64,000 nt of DNA from Candidatus Latescibacterota bacterium. GTDB lineage: Bacteria > Latescibacterota > CBDEFO01. Shown here in pieces: positions 60,218-64,000 of this stretch. The first letter of the stretch is position 1, and each line of letters begins with the position of its first letter. The DNA lies in assembly GCA_965248755.1 (NCBI GenBank), contig OZ252149.1:3136001-3200000 (forward strand), read 5' to 3'. Below the pieces are notes generated by a model. It saw only the letters and a list, made by a program, of their open reading frames with translations, did not search any database and was not told the origin of the DNA. Made by a program: the position numbers and the translations under genes.

Positions 60218-61206
60218 TCGTACCTCCTCATATTGAATATCACCTTAGAGCCATCCCTCTCCAGAAGAAACGGAAGCTCCCTAATCCCTGTGAACTCCTT
60301 CCTCAGCCTGTTCTGGTTCTCACGGGGACAATATAAGAGCAGAAATCCTCCGCCGCCTGCACCTGCCACCTTACCGCCTGTGGCTCCGGCGTTTATGGCT
60401 GCTTCGTACATCTGGTCAATATCTCCATCGCTGATCCTCGCAGCCATCTCCTTTTTTAGATTCCATCCCCTGTGAAGTATAGGACCTATGTTATCTATAT
60501 CTCCTTCAACTAAAGATTTTCTTGTCTTGTGAGTTAGTTCTGATATCTCTCTTAAGATGGTCATCCGCTGATCTATATTTGCCTTCTGCTCTTTCAATAT
60601 AGTCTCCGACTTCCTCGTTTTGTCCGTAAAGTACAAGAGTAGATTGTCGCTTATGTGTCTCTTCTGGGATTCGGAGACATCTAATTTCTCAACATCAACC
60701 GATTCGTCAGACATAAATTTGAATATCCTCAAGTTCCCGTATGCCGCTATGTACTGATCCTGTTTGCCTATGGGCTTTTTCAAAATATCTATCTCTATTT
60801 GGCACGCCTCACGCGCAAGATCCTCCGCAGTTCTCTGCTCCCCCTGGTAGGCGTAAAGGGCGTTCAAAAGCCCCACAGTCAGGCTGCTTGAAGAACCCAA
60901 TCCGGACCCCTCAGATGGGACATCTGCCAAAGTAGTGATCTCCACACCTTTATAGACCTCTGTCTTTTTCATAGCCTCCCGCACAAGGTCGTGCTGTATC
61001 TGATCTACGTTATCCACGATCTCCTTTTGAGAGTAATTTATGTATATCTTATCGTCAAATCTCTCTTTTACGATCACATACACAAATTTGTCTATCCCGG
61101 TGCTCACCACGCATCCGGGGGATCGTGGATCCTTCTTATAGTACCCCTGAAAGTCGGAACCGCCGCCCGCGAAGCTTATCCTGAGAGGGGTCTGAGTTAT
61201 GAGCAT
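60208..61206 (-). CDS. hddA: D-glycero-D-manno-heptose-7-phosphate kinase (GHMP family)
   Basis: TPLRISFAGGGSD, GSGLGSSS, GKQDQY, GAGGGGF. Confidence 0.88.
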   Translation of the reverse strand: MLITQTPLRISFAGGGSDFQGYYKKDPRSPGCVVSTGIDKFVYVIVKERFDDKIYINYSQKEIVDNVDQIQHDLVREAMKKTEVYKGVEITTLADVPSEGSGLGSSSSLTVGLLNALYAYQGEQRTAEDLAREACQIEIDILKKPIGKQDQYIAAYGNLRIFKFMSDESVDVEKLDVSESQKRHISDNLLLYFTDKTRKSETILKEQKANIDQRMTILREISELTHKTRKSLVEGDIDNIGPILHRGWNLKKEMAARISDGDIDQMYEAAINAGATGGKVAGAGGGGFLLLYCPRENQNRLRKEFTGIRELPFLLERDGSKVIFNMRRYEWK

Positions 61207-61212
61207 TTGCTG

Positions 61213-61941
61213 TTACCTCTCTTCCTCTGGAGTGGTCTCGGCGCCCTGCTCCATCGAACGCCACTTTGTCTGGGCCTGTTCGTAGGTTTCATGGGTCCCT
61301 ATATCTATTATGTAGCCCTTTATCCTGTAAGCGTACATCTTGCCGATTACCCTGGGAAGGACATCGTAGCTCAAATCCGAGGGATACGATTCCGGGATAT
61401 AGTCTAAAAGCCCTGATCTGGATACGAATATTGCGCCGCTGACCAGATTTCCCCTGGGGTTCTGGGGCTTTTCTGCAAACTCTACGACTCTGTTATCAGA
61501 ATCCAGAGTCACGACTCCGCCCGCCTCCGGGTGAGGAGACTCGTAGACTCCCACGGTCAATATCCCGTTGTGTCCTCTGTGGAATTCCAACATCTCCGAG
61601 AGATCTATATCCGTCAGGCAATCTGCGTAGATGATGAAGAAATTCTCCTCGCCGTCCACAAAGTCCCTGTTTGCGGCCACTGTACCCGCGCTCCCCAGCA
61701 GAGACGGCTCGTAGGAAAGCCTTATATTGAGCCTGTGGTCTTTCCTTTGAACAAACTCCTGCACTACGTGGGCAAGATGATAAGAATTTATTAGGACATC
61801 CGTTATACCGTGCCTTTTGACTAACTCAAGGAGGTGCTCCAGGAGAGGTTTTCCGCCTATGGGTACCATGCACTTGGGTACCTTATATGTCAAAGGTCTC
61901 AGCCTCGTCCCCTCTCCTGCTGCAAGGAGAAAAGCTTTCAC
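61213..61941 (-). CDS. Sugar-phosphate nucleotidyltransferase (HddC/GMPP-like)
   Basis: LAAGEGTRLRPLT..PK, E..LLGSAG, EKP, DIGT. Confidence 0.88.
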   Translation of the reverse strand: MKAFLLAAGEGTRLRPLTYKVPKCMVPIGGKPLLEHLLELVKRHGITDVLINSYHLAHVVQEFVQRKDHRLNIRLSYEPSLLGSAGTVAANRDFVDGEENFFIIYADCLTDIDLSEMLEFHRGHNGILTVGVYESPHPEAGGVVTLDSDNRVVEFAEKPQNPRGNLVSGAIFVSRSGLLDYIPESYPSDLSYDVLPRVIGKMYAYRIKGYIIDIGTHETYEQAQTKWRSMEQGAETTPEEER

Positions 61942-62271
61942 AGTCTATCCTTTTTGGCCAGATGGTTCTTCGATCCATTTCTGGGTTTCTTGCGAACGCC
62001 CCTTCTATTCCGCCTACTTGCTCCATATCGAATGATAATAAGGAAAAAGCCCGTACGTTCTGTGTCGTGCGCCACGGACGATCCAACCGAAAGATAAAAC
62101 AAAGAGCCCTGATTGTCAACGTTTTTGATGCTTCTACAAAAGACTCTCACGGGGGATTTTTAGCTTGTGGATATTGTGACAACGTGCTATACTTAAGGTA
62201 GAAAAAAACCTGTTTGACCGAACGTCAAGGCACTTTTCCCCGTTCAAAGAACCAGCCAAAGGAGCACTCAA

Positions 62272-63660
62272 ATCAAAGATTCTACCACACTTATTGCTGT
62301 TGCCGGTGAGACAGAGGCAGAAAGGGCCATCTTAGTCGGCGTCGCATTCCCCTGGATGAGCAGATCGGACGCCGAAGAGTCCCTGAACGAGCTGGCGCTT
62401 CTGGCGGATACGGCCGGGGCAAAGGTTCTGGACAGAGTAATCCAGGAGCGGAAAGCCCCCAATCCGACCTACTTCATCGGGAAGGGCAAGGCAGAACTTC
62501 TAGCTAATTCCGCAAAAGAACTGGAGGCCGATCTGGTCATCTTCGACGATGACCTTTCCCCCGCGCAGATGAGTAATCTCGAAAAACTAATGGACAGGAA
62601 GCTAGTAGATAGAAGTGGTCTTATTCTGGACATCTTCGCCAAACGTGCAAGGACTAAAGAGGCAAAGCTCCAGGTCGAACTGGCTCAGCTGGAATATCTT
62701 GCTCCAAAGCTCAGAAGACAATGGACCCACCTTTCAAGACAGGCAGGCGGCATAGGTACAAGCGGTCCTGGAATAGGTGCAAGGGGCCCGGGTGAAACAC
62801 AGCTTGAGATCGACAGGAGAAAGGTCAGAAAGAGGATCTACGACCTTTCCAGAGCACTCAAAAAGGTCGAGAAGAGTCGAGAGGTGAGCCGCAAGAACAG
62901 ATCTGACGTCTTCCAAGTCTGCCTTGTCGGATACACCAACGCCGGTAAATCCACACTTATGAGAGCCCTCTCAGGCGAAGACGTCTTCGTCGAGGACAGG
63001 CTATTTGCCACGCTGGATTCGACCACCAGGATCGTCCAGCTTAAAAAAGCTTCTGCGAACACCTCAGGTGGTGGTGGACAAGGTAGCAGCAAAGCACGAA
63101 GCGCCAAAATCCTCCTGACAGATACAGTCGGCTTCATAAAAAAGTTGCCCCATAACCTGATTGCCTCGTTCCGAGGCACATTAGAAGAAGTTGTGCAAGC
63201 CGATCTTTTGATCCACGTAGTGGATGTAAGTCATCCCGCCTGTGAAGAACAGATAGGAGCCGTAAATGAAGTCCTAAGTGAGCTGGGTGTAGCTAACACG
63301 CCGACCGTTATGGCCCTCAACAAAATAGACCTTCTATGCGAAGGTGGTACGACCACTTCGGGTGGACTCCTAAAAAGATTCCTCAAGACCTATCCTGAAG
63401 CCCTGCCTATATCATCTGTAAACGGGGACGGATTAGATGAACTCAAAGATGCCCTCCGCCAGAGAGTCGAGAGGGACAACGTGGTCTTAGACCTTGAATT
63501 AGATTACACACAGGGCAAGCTCCTTGGGGAGATATACAGCGTAGGAGAGATCCTTAAACGAAAAGACGAAGATGGACATGTTGCTCTGAAGGTCAGATTG
63601 AAGAGAGATGACGGAAAGAGGATAAAAGGCAAGATCAAACAAATAGCCAGTAAACAGTAG
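62272..63660 (+). CDS. hflX: Ribosome-splitting GTPase HflX (probable ATC start at 62272; track starts at 62356)
   Basis: ERAILVG, GPGETQLE.DRR, GYTNAGKST, LFATLD, DTVGFI, NKID. Confidence 0.96.
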   Translation: MKDSTTLIAVAGETEAERAILVGVAFPWMSRSDAEESLNELALLADTAGAKVLDRVIQERKAPNPTYFIGKGKAELLANSAKELEADLVIFDDDLSPAQMSNLEKLMDRKLVDRSGLILDIFAKRARTKEAKLQVELAQLEYLAPKLRRQWTHLSRQAGGIGTSGPGIGARGPGETQLEIDRRKVRKRIYDLSRALKKVEKSREVSRKNRSDVFQVCLVGYTNAGKSTLMRALSGEDVFVEDRLFATLDSTTRIVQLKKASANTSGGGGQGSSKARSAKILLTDTVGFIKKLPHNLIASFRGTLEEVVQADLLIHVVDVSHPACEEQIGAVNEVLSELGVANTPTVMALNKIDLLCEGGTTTSGGLLKRFLKTYPEALPISSVNGDGLDELKDALRQRVERDNVVLDLELDYTQGKLLGEIYSVGEILKRKDEDGHVALKVRLKRDDGKRIKGKIKQIASKQ

Positions 63661-63710
63661 ACAGGGAACAGCAAACAGGCAGTAGTCAGCGGACTGGAGA
63701 GGCACACCGC

Positions 63711-64000
63711 ATGAAGAAATCGAAATTATCATATGTAGTCCCGATTCTGCTTGTGGTCTTTCTTCAAGGATGTACAAAAGAAGATCCTAAAGTCTATATA
63801 AAAGACCTCTACAGCAGGGACCCGGAGATAAGGCTCACTGCCGGATATGAGCTCTTGAGAATCGGTGAGGAAGCAGTGCCCCTTCTTATTGAAGAACTGA
63901 AATCCGAAGAGCCTGTGGTTCGCTATGTAGCCGCTCAACTTCTCGGGAGGATCAAAGACCGGCGCGCTGTTGTACCCCTAACGGGTGCCCTAAAAGACAT
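63711..64000 (+). CDS. HEAT-repeat lipoprotein, partial (runs off the window end)
   Basis: GGAGAGG RBS; MKKSK...VFLQGC lipobox; IGEEAVPLLIEEL, LGRIKDRRAVVPL. Confidence 0.75.
   Translation, partial: MKKSKLSYVVPILLVVFLQGCTKEDPKVYIKDLYSRDPEIRLTAGYELLRIGEEAVPLLIEELKSEEPVVRYVAAQLLGRIKDRRAVVPLTGALKD

Overview
Bacterial chromosomal window. Secreted proteins with FlgD-type, dockerin/EF-hand-like and TWGxIK tails suggest an FCB-affiliated candidate phylum such as Latescibacterota (inference). Housekeeping genes (ligA, moeB-rhodanese, hup, fumC/aspA-family lyase, E1 alpha/beta, hflX, tRNA-Glu/fMet/Asn) are mixed with surface-glycan genes, an interrupted TetR-TolC-MFP-2xRND efflux locus, repeat-rich secreted proteins, an IS1182-like element and many pseudogenes and small palindromic repeats. 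The standout is 24631-28370: an ECF sigma factor translationally coupled to a single ~1044-aa protein made of the RpoB and RpoC catalytic-core motifs in order, with an intact NADFDGD. It keeps the sigma-2-binding clamp helices but apparently lacks the flap and trigger loop, so it is a candidate miniature single-chain RNA polymerase with its own sigma. Other notable items: stacked cassettes (NHL / SIR2 / NHL) bounded by copies of the wcaJ 3' end and fumC 5' end, an sdhA-sdhB deletion scar, an integron-like solo cassette, REP elements inside coding sequences, self-nesting ~22-bp hairpins and a probable ATC start for hflX. All homology calls are by eye from remembered motifs; no database searches were run.
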